A DNA stretch of 64,000 nt from Octopus bimaculoides. Its lineage: Eukaryota. Each line of letters starts with the position of its first letter. Position 1 is the first letter of the stretch. Below the pieces are notes generated by a model. That model did no database searches. It saw nothing but the letters and a program-made list of their open reading frames with translations, and was not told the origin of the DNA. Positions 50,151 through 64,000 of the stretch are shown here, in pieces. The stretch is from positions 32,721,351 to 32,785,350 of the forward strand of contig NC_068995.1 of the NCBI RefSeq assembly GCF_001194135.2. The letters are read 5' to 3'. A program made the translations under genes and the position numbers.

Positions 50151-50827
50151 GTCTTATTTATAATATTTCTAAAATTCACAGATGCTAATTATATATATAT
50201 TTTTTTACTCTAGGCACAAGGCCCGAAATTTTTTGGGAGGGGCTAGTTGATTAGATTGACACCAGTATGCAACTGGTAGTTAATTTATCGACCCCCGCCA
50301 AAAGGATGAAAGGCAAAGTCGACCTTGGCAGAATTTCAACTCAGAACGTAAAGACAAACGAAATACGAAGAGTGATTTGATGGTGATTTGGCTGTTATTT
50401 CTAGCAGATCCTGACTCAGAAGCAAGTTTTTTTGGGGTTTTTTTCCTTAGTTCACAATTACACACACATTTTTAGACTTGAAATAGGATAAGGTAGGATC
50501 CATAATCCAAACTTAAGATTCACCAGGCATTAATAAACAAATGTCTATTCTTTATGACTATTTTGTTTTATTTTTCGTTTTATTCAGACTATATTTTCTC
50601 TCCACCTTTTACTTTTCCTTTCATCTATCTTTTTTTATGTCTTTTTCATTCAATCATTTATTTGTTGTTTTGACCTATATCATGTGTCTGCTTCAAATTC
50701 AAAGATTGTCGTAAAAAAATGTTTAAATAAACCAATTAAGATGGAAATACAAAAAATGTATTGTTAGGGACAAAATTGTTTGAGTGAGAGTTTAGGAATT
50801 TGCTACAGAGAGAGAGGGAGAGAGTGA

Positions 50828-50880
<53 letters not shown>

Positions 50881-51939
50881 CTTTACTACCCACAAGCGGC
50901 TACACACAGAGGGGACAAACAAAGACAGACAAACGGATTAAGTCGATTATATCGACCCCAGTGTGTAACTGGTACTTATTTAATCGACCCCGAAAGGATG
51001 AAAGGCAAAGTCGACCTCGGCGGAATTTGAACTCAGAACGTAGCGGCAGACGAAATACCGCTAAGCATTTCGCCCGGCGTGCTAACGTTTCTGCCAGCTC
51101 GCCGCCTTTGTGTGTGTGTGTGCGTGTGCACACGTGTGTGTGTGTGTGTGTGTGTGTGCGTGCATGCAAGTGTGTGTGTGTACATGCATGCATGTGTGTA
51201 TCCTCAAAAGGTGTGCAATATTTTATGAAAATTAATTTTATAATTTAAGAATTCTTCGAGGGATAGGATCTCAGGTAGTCTACTTTAAATCTAACTATGC
51301 AAACTGACAAGATAGCTTCTGGCTGTCTAAATTTAGATTTAATAATATCTAGACAAGATTTTATTGTTTAAAATGTTTGTGGCTGTTATAAATTACTGGG
51401 TAGTTTTCTCATGCTTTTATGAGGCTTGTGTATTTAAGAAATACATGAAATAACTTCACAGGTAGAGACATGAAACTTTTAGGTATTTTGATTTTTTTTT
51501 ATTTCTCTTTTATTTTGCTAATTTGTATTAGCTTTTCTTTTTAAATGTCAGTTTGACCTTCAAATTCTAATAATGGAAGTATAATTGACTGTTTCACTGA
51601 TGAAGAAAAAAAGCTGAAGTCAACAGGTGAACAGAAGTAAAGAAGCACAAAGAAAAGGAATGAAGATTAGAAAGAGACAAACAGAAGGCCTGCATTTTTT
51701 GCTGGGATTGTCTACTTGGCTGAAAACACATGAACTTAACTAACCACCCACAAAAAAGGATCAAAGTACATCCTATTCTCCAAATATAAAACATAGGAGA
51801 GAAGTGTGTACAATATACAGAGTCTAGGGAAAGGGAAGCAGTATGATCAGTACAGAAAAATCAAGAGAGGATTTACTGTCAAGTGTATTATTGAAATAAG
51901 AAACAAACATAGCAATTGCCATTAATAGAGCCAAACGAA

Positions 51940-52600
51940 GTGTTTTGCAGAGTAAATACAAATACTATAGGGTTTTGAGTCAAAAAAACGTCTATCGAAT
52001 GATATTATCCAAGCAATTAACAAATAAAACTCCCTCTTGGGAAATCAGTCAATTGAAATTTTTGGATAGTATAGAGACATTGCAGATTTGAGTGAAACTG
52101 GTCATAATTCAACCATTGAATTCGCTGTTTGAAGAGAATTGTGGAAAACAAACCTCATTCGAAGGCTTCTGACATTACAAAACAGCTAGAAGTTAGTCCA
52201 AAAACGTGTGTTACATATCTGCATAAGCTTGGGTATTATGGACGAGCAGCTGGAAGAAAACCTCTCCTTCAACCAATTAATATCATGAAAAGACAGAAAT
52301 GGGCTAAGGAGATGTCAGAAAAATCCAGTTCATTTTGGGATAGAGTGATTTTTCTCAGATGAATCCAGATTTGCACTAGTTTCAGACAGTGGGCATGTTT
52401 GTGTCTGGAGGCTTCCCAATCAAGAGTTTGATTTGAAACGACTCCAACCAACTGTGAAACACGGCCGTATCTCTGTAATGGTATGGGGAACTGTCACCAG
52501 CAATGGTTGTTCTGAGCTGATCGAATTGAAAAATACATCGAAATACTTAAACAAGGACTACTTCCGATGTATTCACATGAGAACATAACGAGTTTTTATT
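51940..52600 (+). mobile_element. Tc1-family transposase relic
   Basis: Fragments KRIVENKPHSKASDI...LHKLGYYGRAAGRKPLL...KRQKWAKE...WDRVIF(S)DESRF and PTVKHGRISVMVWG. Confidence 0.88.
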
Positions 52601-55600
52601 CTTTTCAATACACTAGCCTGTCCTGTCTGTGATTGTTGCTTTTCTTTGTTAGGTTTTTTTTCTCTGCTTGTATTACTCTTTACTTGTTTCAGTCTTTTGA
52701 CTGTGGCCATGCTGGAGCACCGCCTTTAGTCGAGCAAATCGACCCCCAGGACTTATTCTTTGGAAACCTAGTACTTATTCTATCGGTCTCTTTTGCCAAA
52801 CCGCTAAGTTACGGGGACATAAACACACCAGCATCGGTTGTCAAGCGATGTTGGGGGGACAAACACAGACATACAAACACATATATACGACAGGCTTCTT
52901 TCAGTTTCTGTCTACCAAATCCACTCACAAGGCTTTGGTCGGCCCGAGGCTATAGTAGAAGACACTTGCCCAAGATGCCACGCAGTGGGACTGAACCCGG
53001 GACCATGTGGTTGGTAAGCAAGCTACTTACCACACAGCCACTCCTACGCCTATTGTATGTACATTTTTACTTAAACATTGTATCATTTTCAAACATAGTC
53101 TTGTCTCTCAGCTTTAAGCCTCTTGTAATATCTATATATTTTTTCATTTTTCAATATTAATATGTATATGTATAACTCTCTATGGCTTTTTTCTGCTAGT
53201 GTAGCTGTTGCGTTATATTCTACTAGACACACGTGGCCTTGTTTACATCATACTTCGTCTCAACCTGTTACTATTTCTTTAAACATTCTTATTCTTTTAC
53301 TTGTTTCAGTCATTTGACTGCGGCCATGCTGGAGCCCCACCTTTTTTAGCCAAGCAAATTGACCCATGACTTATTCTTTGTAAACCTAGTATTTATTCTA
53401 TTGGTCTCAAACACACACACACAAATATATATATATATAAATGACAGGCTTCTTTCAGTTTCTGTCTACCAAATCCACTTACAAGGCTTAAGTCAGCCTG
53501 AGGCTTAAGTAGAAGACACTTACCCAAGGTGCCACACAGTGGGACTGAACCTAGAACCATGTGGTTGGGAAGCAAGCTTCTTACTACACACCCAAAATAT
53601 AAGAAAAATCAAACTTACTGAAGCATCAATAGCCACTATTTTCCTCACTCCTTTCTGGTAACTGATTAATTCATTTAGTTTTTCCTTTTTCTGTGATACT
53701 CATTTACCCTAATTTTAACTTTAATTTTTAATTCTTATCTTTATTTAAATTCTATTCTAATCACTTGTAACATCTTATTTCTAATTAGGTCTTTCTTATC
53801 CTACATATTTTTTAATACTTGTTCCTAAAAATTTTCACAATCTAATTTTTTAAGCTTTATTCAACCCCCACTTAAAATATTTATATATTTTTCCGTTAGA
53901 ATTAATTGCTTTTATCCAGCAGATTCCCATCATTTTCAAAAATAGCTGCCCAATCAGCTTTAAATGCTGACTCCATGAGTTGGTTATCATGAATACTTAT
54001 AAATGCTTATAAACTATTCTTCAAAATACTCACAGCTGCCTGGCAACTGGTTATGTGAAATTCTGAATAACAGTTTTCAAAAATTTTTTCAGCTTCAATA
54101 AAGTACTAATTTAGTCTACCACTGGTATTCAAGTACTATTTTCTTCACCTTGTTTGCACTTATGTGCTCACGCGCACACGCATGTGTATGTGTGTGTGTG
54201 TATTTTACTCTGATTCTTTCTTCATTTTTGACACACTGGAATATACTAATATCCTTGATTAGGGATATTTCTTCATTTTTACAATTTACTGACTTCTCCC
54301 TCGCTGATAATGAAATACTCACTGAATGAAATCCATACTCAATGCCATGGTCCATATGCTTAGCTATTTTAGAAACAGCTGTAAGAGACTCTTTATGTTC
54401 ATATCCTCTATCTAAATTAAATGTTTCTTTTGAGTGATGCCAAATGTTTTGCTTTTTCATTTTCATCTATATGTTTACATGTATGTAGATAGATATTTAT
54501 ATATAAATACATACACACATGCACATACACAAGCACACACACACATGTGCACATGCACAAGCACACACACATGGTGAGAGATAGAGATTTATTACTTTTA
54601 CTCAAAATCATTACTTCTTAACAACTACAATTTGACTTCAATGTATTAAATTTCACCAGTGATTTGCTGGGCTCAAGAAGACCCACCCTTCACAGCTGAA
54701 ATGATATCCTAAACACCAACTTGGTTATGCTTGTACTTGTAGGCCCTAAGCCCCCCAACCCACCTGTCTCTATTCCATTAGATATTTCCCCTGCACCTCA
54801 TTGCTTACCACCCATCACTTCTCCATCTATAGTACTACTTGGCTATTGCAATCATCTGAGAGTAGAATAGGCACATATTACATCTGCTCCCCCTCCCAAA
54901 TCCACTTTCATTTTTCATTATCATCCCTGCGCACATTACGTCCGCCAATCACCTTTTTTGTACCTTCAATCATTGCTCTCATGGACTATATTCCATTCTT
55001 AACACCTCTATCACTCTTAATGCCCCCTCATATCTACCATCAGACCCTACTTTCCATAGCACCCCACCCACCCACACTCGCTTCTGAGCCACTCCTATAT
55101 CTATTACCATCACTTGCTACATGCCTCTTTACTCCTATATTTCTCCCTCTACCTCACTACATCCCTGTGATCCACTGTATCTTGAGATGCTCCAGCATCC
55201 CTGCCACCACCACACGGGCTTCTTTCCAGCTACTTCCGCCTACCCTTAAATAATGCAAGGGGGAGGAATAGCCTTTTATCTCTGTTACAAGACATCTGGG
55301 CTTGTTCTATCACATCCTAGCCTCTCTACACTTGTCACAAAACCATCACCCCTCCCCCTCTTAAATACTAATCCCCCCCCACACACACACACATACAATT
55401 CAGTGGAGGAGGGGTTTTTTCTTTTTTCTTTTCCTTTCAACCTTTTTTACCCTGCTTTTTTTCTTTCCTCTATTTCCTGCTTCTTTCTATTTTTGCTTTG
55501 CAAGTTACCTAACAACCTTGTTTGTGATGATGACATGAAAAAAAAACCACCCAGTACATTCTGTAAAGTGGTTGATGTTAGGAAAGGTATCCAGCAGTAA

Positions 55601-55842
55601 AACCATACCAAAGCTGACACTGGAGTTTGATGCAGTCCTGCAGCTTACCAGATCCTACCAAAACATCCAACCCATGCCAGCGTGGATGTTAAATAAAGAT
55701 GGTGGTGGTGGTGGGCAGGATGATGATAATGATGATGATGATGGCACTGTTCCTCCATAATTAGTATTTTGACTTTTGTTTTAAGTCAAAAAGATTGCAA
55801 TTATTTTAATGCATCTCTGATAAAGTAGTTATCACCACTTAA

Positions 55843-56062
55843 CCCTTTCGTTACCAACCCAGCTGAAACAGGCTCTGGCTCTGAGTACAAATGTCTTGTT
55901 TTCCTAAGTTTTGAATTAAAATCTTCCACCAAACCTTAGTCACAATTTATGTTCCTAACACTAGCTGAATGATAACTAAGTTATTTTACTAAATTCTTTA
56001 TTATACTTAAAGTAATTGAAAGAAACACAGAGCATCTCAAAATAAATACAGTAACGAAAGGG
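55843..56062. mobile_element. piggyBac-type MITE (family 1)
   Basis: TTAA|ccctttcgttac...gtaacgaaaggg|TTAA with a perfect 12-bp TIR. Confidence 0.85.
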
Positions 56063-57711
56063 TTAAACTGATTTTCAATACGTCTATAAGTTTTTGTAAA
56101 TTTTCAATAGAAGACCAAACTTCAGAATTTGTCTGAGTACATTTACTTTAATGCAGGCAGAGTGAGGTTTAGCCTTGTATCTCTGTTACAAGACATCTGC
56201 GCTTGTTCTTCTATCACACTCTAGCCTCTCCACACTTGGTATAGAACTATCACCTCTCCCCCTCTCAAATACCCACTCCCCAATTTAGTGGAGGAGTTTT
56301 TTTTCTCTTTTCTTTTCCTTTCACCACTTTTTATCCCTGACTTAATAGACTTATACATTAATTAATATGATGGACTCTCCCATTGAAGACAATGTATGAA
56401 TGTTCAACTTTTGTCGAATGACCTGCACAAATGATTTGTTTATAATAATCAAATGTTCATGCTGCACATTAGCTCATTCCCTCCACCAAATCAATGTTGT
56501 CTGAACAGAGGTGCACAGTGTACCACACATCCAGTGTCAAAGTGATTGCAGAGCAATGTGAACTGAAATATTTTGCTCAAGAACTCAATGCACCACCCAG
56601 TCTAGGAGTTGGAACCACAATCTTGTGATCATGAATGCAACACCCTAACCACTAGGTTATGTGTCTTCATGTGACACATTAAATAATGTAGTCTTAGATA
56701 GTCAATTCCTAAGAGCAGGACAGGATGACCTTGACTGGATTATGTTTGTACATATGTTTGCTGGTTCAGAACTTGTCTGGAGCTAAGCAACAACAAAATG
56801 TCTCCAAAGGGATAAGAAACATGTCCATAATGTAAGAATACAGAAATTGATCAAGGTGACCACCACATCTCAACCCCAAGTAATAATATTTGTCCAATAA
56901 CGAATTTTTATATTCTTGGTAAAGTAATTCCTTTCCACTACTTGCATAATGTTTCAAATGGTTTTTACAAGGATAACAAAACAATAAGTATTTATATATG
57001 GATTGCCAAGGAAAGCCATTGGTACAGTTATATGCTCTTCCTACAACTAATTACAAACAGAATGACAAATATTTCAGCTATGAAGACACAACACAATAGT
57101 TGTAGCAAAACTTGATCCAACACTTTAACTGCACTGAAATTATACATTTGCTTATCATAAAATTCTAAACAATTAAACAGAAGCAATAAGCAAGATAGTG
57201 TTCAAAATTTCCAAATAAATTGTGTACTTTGGATTTTAGTATTATTGCTGTCATCAAAATATCTTAAATAGCTTTAAGGTCAAATAATTTTAAAATTAGA
57301 ATTTTATATGACATGAGAATCATGTTAATATCACAGGTATTATTTCATCATTAAACAACACTGAACTCTCCCTAGATAACTAGGCCACTCTATTTCTAAG
57401 AACTTAACACCATGCTATGAGCTGGAGGTGGTTCTGGTTGTGGTATTACTGCAGTTGGTTGTGAATTTACTTTCCTTGCCCTGAATCTCAATGTTTAATT
57501 GCAATCCATTCACTATATGCTCCAATATGGTTACAGCCTACTGGCTTATAATCATGCTAGTGATTGCTAACAGTTTTAGGACACCTATTTTATAGCTGAT
57601 TAGCAAGCCAGATTAGTGCTCTATTGTGCAGATATACTACAACAACAATGCGACAACATAAGCAGGCCTTTGACTGGGAGATCAATGCTTTGCTGATTCA
57701 GCCAAATGTGA

Positions 57712-57915
57712 ATCATCATCATCATCATCATCATCGTTTAACGTCCGCTTTCCATGCTAGCATGGGTTGGATGATTTGACTGAGGACTGGTGCAACCGGA
57801 TGGCTACACCAGGCTCCAATCTAATTTCGCAGAGTTTCTACAGCTGGATGCCCTTCGTAACGCCAACCACTCAGAGAGTGTAGTGGGTGCTTTTACGTGT
57901 CACCCGCACGGGTAA
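57712..57915 (-). mobile_element. Young RTE 3' end
   Basis: Same family as 28195 and 32272, with a (CAT)n tract at the left. Confidence 0.8.
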
Positions 57916-59608
57916 AGATTAAACATTCTTTAAATGTCTAAACATAATACTTCCTTCTCTTAACTAAAAATGAATTTAACCCAGATTTCAAATATTCACT
58001 AGTATATTTTAAAACATTTATTAAATAATTCAATAAAATAGATGCTATACAATCAAGCAAATGAAGTGTTGATCCCTTGGTTTGTAAATTTCTAATACAT
58101 GACAGGTGTAGTGAGTTATCATCAGACGTACCCTTTAATTGTAACTCAGAAGGCAGTGAGAAAACTCCTAAATCCATCATGAAATCATTTATTATCTTGC
58201 AACATTTTATCTGTGGGTAACTTTTAACTTTTACTTGTTTCAGTCATTGGACTGCATCCATGCTGGGACACTGCCTTGAAGGGTTTGGTCAAATAAATCA
58301 CACTCCCGATACTTATTTTTAAGTCTGGTATTTATTCTATCAATATCTTTTGCTGAACCACTAAGTTACAGGAACATAACTAAACGAATACTGTTTGTCA
58401 AGCAGTGAGGGGACAAGCATGAACATAAAGACACACACACACACTCTCTCTCTCTCTCTCACACACACTCACACATATCAGTCCTTTGTCATTTGAGCCC
58501 TACAAAGGAGATGACAAAGGACCAAGATATCTGGTACTCAAGAAGGCCTGTCTACCACAACAGAATTGATATTGGTGCTGATGCCACATAAAAAGACATC
58601 CAGTACACTCTGTTAAAAAGGTCAGTGTTAGGAAAGGCATCCAGCAGTAGAAACCATGCCAGGACAGACAATGGGCCCAGGTCCAGTCTCTAGCCATACT
58701 AGCTCCTGTCGAACCGTCCAACCCATGCCAGCATGGAAGACAGACATTAGATGACGATGATGATATATATAGGACTGGCTTCATTTAGTTTCTGTGTACC
58801 AAATCTACTTGCACAGCTTCGGTTGGTTCAGGGTTAAGATAGAAGACACTAGCTCAAATTGCCATGCAGCGAGATTGGACCAACATGGTTGGGAAACAAG
58901 TTTCAACCATACCAATGCCAATGACATTCAAATGAATCCTGTCTAAAAGGCAAAAAGAAATCACTGTCAGATATGATTCTAAAGAAATGAAGCCTTCACA
59001 ATATTTCAACAACACACTGAAGATAAATTATTGAAGTAAACCAGAATTGAATTAGTTTTCCTTCCCTGAATTTTAATATTTGATTGAAATCCATTCACAG
59101 TATGGTAATACAGATTATAATGCCTGCTCCAGCATGGCCATAACCTACAGGCCATGTCGAAGAAGGATTTTTATTTTACTAAAATAATAAACAGTCAAGA
59201 AAACTAAAATTCTTGATTTCAAAATAGAACTAGGGTTTCAAACAAAGTTAAAACTTATTTCGTCATGTAATAAGTAAATATGTTATCCACTGCTTAGCAG
59301 TGATTTCTTGGCATTATAAATCCCACCCCAAAACACACCTGGTAGTGTACCACTCTCCTTACAGGTAACATTCTTGATAATTCTACATGTTATAACTCAT
59401 GTTATAAGTGTCCCACCAAGAACTTAAGAAAATAACTAGAATGAATTTGAATTCAAAGCTTATGAGTTGGTCATAATACCATATCCACTTGGCCATTTTC
59501 CTTTTATATTGAATCAATGTTGAAATTCATCTAATTCTAATCTGAGACTAAAATAAACACTGTAAGCCATTCATTGTTACTGTGTGTGTGTGTGAGAGAG
59601 AGAGAGAG

Positions 59609-59656
<48 letters not shown>

Positions 59657-60196
59657 AGAGAGAGTGTGTGTGCATGTGTGTGTTTTCTTTAAGATCTTCA
59701 ACCAAAAGCCAGTTTGTCGCTGTCAAGGAGATATAAAACAAACTTTTGCATTGTCTGTAAACTACATCACTGATACCCAGCAGGTAAATTTGTATGACAT
59801 TTTTAAATGCCCCTCAGAAAACCATGAGCATTATAGACCCACTTGTTCTTTCATCATTTTTGAGCAAGGACACAAAACTGGAATACTGATTTTCTGACAG
59901 CAACTATCTCTCATCATTAAAAAAAAATTAAGGAACAATACCTAGCTATAGGCTCCAAATGTCATTAAATATGACAGTGACCAGATATTCTAGATAAGAA
60001 AATTTCCAACTGCAAATCATGTCATGTCTAGACGAGTTTTAGAGATGAACTCAATATTGGGTATTACTTTAAAAAAGATTTAAAAAAAGAAAACTTCTAA
60101 CAAAAAAAAACCCAGTTAACATAGGAATTATTTATCAAAATTCCAGTCCTTTTAACTGTAACTTATCAGAACCATATTTGCACTCAAATGATATAC

Positions 60197-60311
60197 AAAG
60201 ACAGTGTTGTAGTATTAATAATAAATTATAGACAGCTACTTCAAAGATTACAATGTATTTCTTAGGGGTTTCCTGAGAAGTGTAAAACAACTTGAATGTT
60301 GTTCGACTCAT
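60197..60311 (-). CDS. Candidate first coding exon (signal peptide) of GBA
   Basis: agcATG opens MSRTTFKLFYTSQETPKKYIVIFEVAVYNLLLILQHCL, ending T|gtatat in phase 1 as exon 36546 requires. Hydrophobic C-terminal stretch. The donor is weak and there is no homology support. Confidence 0.3.
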
Positions 60312-60806
60312 GCTACAATCTGTCAGACTGGAGCATAAAGATTCATCCAAACCCACTTGAAAGTTGCACAGACACATATATAATGCTACTTATAGTTTCT
60401 TGAGTACAGTAGCTTAAGCAGGAGCCTTATTTATTGTGTCTGAAGTGCATAGTTATGGTATACATAGAATAAGTATAAAAATTATTGATATTTGGCCATG
60501 TTCGAATCAGTGTTATAAATAATAAAACTGCCTTGTAATGTGTATATGAGTGTGTATGTGAATTTTAGAAGACATAAAATAAAGAGGTAGGCTGCATGTT
60601 AACATAAAATTCAGCTAATGAAACTGACAAGAAGTGATAATGAGGCAGAGTTAATCATGGTTGTCATTATGAAAGTGTTTGTTGTTCATTGTAATGTGGT
60701 GTATGCTGAAATGCTAGTATTGGGAATTAAGGGATTTCATTAAAGTGGAAAATTATAGTGTGAAATAGGGACCTAACAACAGATAAGGATATACATGTAA
60801 CAAATA

Positions 60807-60840
<34 letters not shown>

Positions 60841-63800
60841 TAATATGCATATGTATATATATATGTGTGAGATTATGGAATGTGTTCACATTTACAAGTG
60901 ACACATTATTCTGCATGTCTAAGCTTGTCTGGTCATGGACAAATTTAAATTCCTTGTTCATAAATGAGTGATTAACTGTAGGAGTGACAACCAAGTGTAA
61001 AAATATTTACTTCAGATTGAAAATGAACAAATTTATGAATGACAAAAATCATTCAAGGAAATAAATGACAAAGGGTTTTGTTGAAAGAGAGAGTAAAGTA
61101 GACTGTTGTTCATTCGATTCGTATTAACCTTGATTAAGAAAACCGTCCACGAAAGAGATTCCAGCTGTAGTTGTTTTGTCTTTTCAAGGCTATCTATGAC
61201 TACATTAGAAGGTGTGTAGCTTAGTGGTTAGGGTACTCAGCTCATGGTCACAAGATCATGAGTTCGATATTTGGTGGTGCAGTGCGTCCTTAAGCAAGAC
61301 ACTTTATTTCATGTTGTACCAGTCCACTCAGCTAGCAAAAGTAAGTTGTACCTGTGATTCAAAGGGTCAGCCTTGTCACATCCTGTTTTCAGATAATCAA
61401 ACTCTCTGTTTGTTAATGGCATATCAATTTTGGAGGAGTTGGTACCAACAGCTGTCAAGCTATTGGTCTATACTCTCAGGACAAAGAGACAACTTCAAGA
61501 ATTTATCTTCTATGTCATTTACTTTACCCCTATTCATCTTTGTTGTTCACATACATGCCACCGGTCCTTCAGTTATTTCTCTAATCTCATCATTTTCATC
61601 TCAAATACATAGGCATGGATGTGTGGTTCAGAAATTTGCTTCCCAACCACATGGTTCTAGGTTCAGTCCCACTGCATGGCACTTTGGGCAAGTGTCTTCT
61701 ACTACAGCCCCAAACTGTATAAAGCATTGTGAGTGAATTTGATAAACAGAAAGAAGTCTGTTGTATAAGTTGTGTGTATGTCTTCTTGTCTGAGCATTGC
61801 ATGATAGTTGTAAATGGGCGTCTCAATCATATATGCAGTGTATTCTATTTGCAATCTTCCTTGAAAACATGTCTGGCAATGGGAAAATATTACCTTACTT
61901 AGAAGTAGGTGAGGATTGGCAACAGGAAGGGCATTCGGCCATAGAGAAGTCTGCCCCAATGAATTCTGTCCATCTCATGTGAAAATGAAAAAGTGAAAAT
62001 GGAAATGTTATAGATGATGATGATGGTGGTAGTGGTGGTGGTGCTGATGTGTGTGCATGCGTGTATGTGTCTTTTATCTTTTACTTGTTTCAGTCATTAG
62101 ACTGTGGCCATGCTAGAGCATTGCCTTGAAGAATTTTTAGTTAAATGAATTGCCTTCAGTATTTTTTTTAAGCCTGGTACTTATTCTATCAATCTCTTTA
62201 GTTGAACATATATATATATATATATATATATGAGCATGAGGCAGGCTTCTTTCAGTTGCTGTCTACCCCACTCATAAAGTTTTGGTCGGCATGTGACTAT
62301 AGTAGAAGACACTTGTCCAAGATGTCATGGAGTAGGACTGAACCCTGAACCATGTGGTTGGAAAGCAAACTCCTTACCACACAGCCACACCATTTCTTAT
62401 GTTAAAAATATTTTTTTAAAGATAGAGGGTTTGCTAAAATGTGTCATGATAGAAATAGGCTGGGAACAGCTATATCAAAACTAAGCCTAAGTTTTCAACT
62501 ACCATCTTGCGTCTGAAATATATGTTCATTTTATCCTTTTTGAACTTTAGTCTGGGTGTAAGGTTATTCAAGAACAAAGAAAACTATTTGTAGCTGATAT
62601 TTTACTTATCAAAAGCTTAGTACCAAAATGTTGACAAACAGTTAAAACAATTTAGGTTTCAAATGTCTAAACAAAGAGATGTTCTTTTAACCTTTCAACC
62701 TTTCAGAAACTATATTTTTACTTGTTACTTTTTCTTTTTAACAAATCAGAAATTTCAGTAAGCATTTATCCCAAATTTTCTAAAGGAAAGCCTTAAGGTT
62801 TTATTGGCAAAAAAGTTTTATTATCTTTTTTAATTAATTTTATTTCATATTAACACACACACACTGGTTATATTTTACTTCTTTATTATTCATCAAATAG
62901 TGAACTAATCAATTGTTTGAATAATCATTTGGTTAATCAATCAATCAGTTTCAAACAATTGAATCATTAACTGATTAATAATAAATAAAATAAAACCAGT
63001 GCATGTGTTTATCATTGGTATAATGACCCTCTCAAGATACAACAAAATCTGTTTCAAATACAAGTTCCCATTAAGTATCTTGCAAAACAAATACAAAAAC
63101 AAAATATTCTTTACAATATTTTTGTCTTAATCATTAAGGGAGATCCAGCTATTGCAACTGAGAAAATTAATTAATTACTCTTTTCATTAAGGGAAATTGG
63201 GGTGAACAAGAACTTTTTAACCCTTTGTCTGTCCTGTGTGTCACATTTTCCCTTCATCCAGGCATCTTATATGATACACATTCCCAATTTTTTCAACTAA
63301 CAGTAACTTGGGACTTATGAAATGAAAGGTTTATATTACTCAGAACATTATGAAGCAAGAGCTAACTCTTCTTCTTTGGTTGCCCTGCTTTTGTGGATTC
63401 TCATGACTCTCTGTCACCATCCAATTCCATTATTATTTGTCATAATAATTTCTCTAATTCTGCAAATCTCACCTCAAAGCAACACTATTTATGGTTGTAC
63501 TTATTAAATGACACTAATTTAGCAAAGTTTTCTTCCCAAATCTAATCTTGAATATTAAAGAACTAATTTGGCAGAGAAATATAGCTAAAATCTGTACCTG
63601 AAAGTCAAACTTCATTCAGGATAGCTTAGCCATTCATCTGCTAGTAGTTGAGGGAATAAGACCAATAGGCTCAGATGAGAAGGGCCGGATTGTCATCTGG
63701 CAGGAGTAACACCTGTCCTTAACTATAATTAATAAGAAAAAAATTTAGACTGATCACAGCTGCAGTTGACTCTTAGATGATGATGATGATATTTTGCAAG

Positions 63801-64000
63801 TATCCTTTTACATTATAAATGCTTCAAACCCTTAAATTTGATACAACCTAATGACTAATTAATTTTAGCAATTTGTTTATTAAAATATGTTCATTTTTTT
63901 TTATGTCTATTCATGTACAAGTAAAGTTCCATGGCATAGTGATTTGGTTGTTTGGCTAACAATCCACTTAGGTGTGGGTTCGATCTTCAAACCAGGTGAC

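Noticed and set aside
54322-54390. CTGAATGA...GAAAC-AGCT-GTA hammerhead-like motif
   Set aside because: The core has an extra base, and stems I and II pair poorly.
56766-56984. 72-aa minus-strand ORF
   Set aside because: No recognisable homology or splice signals.

Overview
Eukaryotic, AT-rich, repeat-dense genomic DNA with 7 assembly gaps. The repeat landscape (tRNA/CORE-type SINEs, RTE-type LINE tails ending in (GAT)n, Dong/R4, Penelope, mariner/maT, abundant (TA)n, (CA)n and (CAT)n) resembles an octopus scaffold; that species assignment is inference. There are no prokaryotic features, CRISPR arrays or supportable rRNA/tRNA genes. The one clear host gene is a lysosomal glucosylceramidase (GBA, GH30) on the minus strand. 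I reconstructed nine coding exons (929-36546) with AG/GT boundaries and matching phases, including both catalytic glutamates (NEP, TEAC). A weaker candidate signal-peptide exon lies at 60197-60311. The introns are filled with transposon relics. Highlights: a type I hammerhead ribozyme of the Penelope pLTR type (31817-31930, + strand); a Penelope-like GIY-YIG element with an inverted arm (34191-35503); a near-perfect ~90-bp inverted repeat with a nested 30-bp palindrome (47709-47960); a near full-length Dong/R4 LINE preceded by a chimeric fragment; and young inverted RTE tails flanking a frame-preserving exon pair. All alignments and folds were done by eye; no searches were run.
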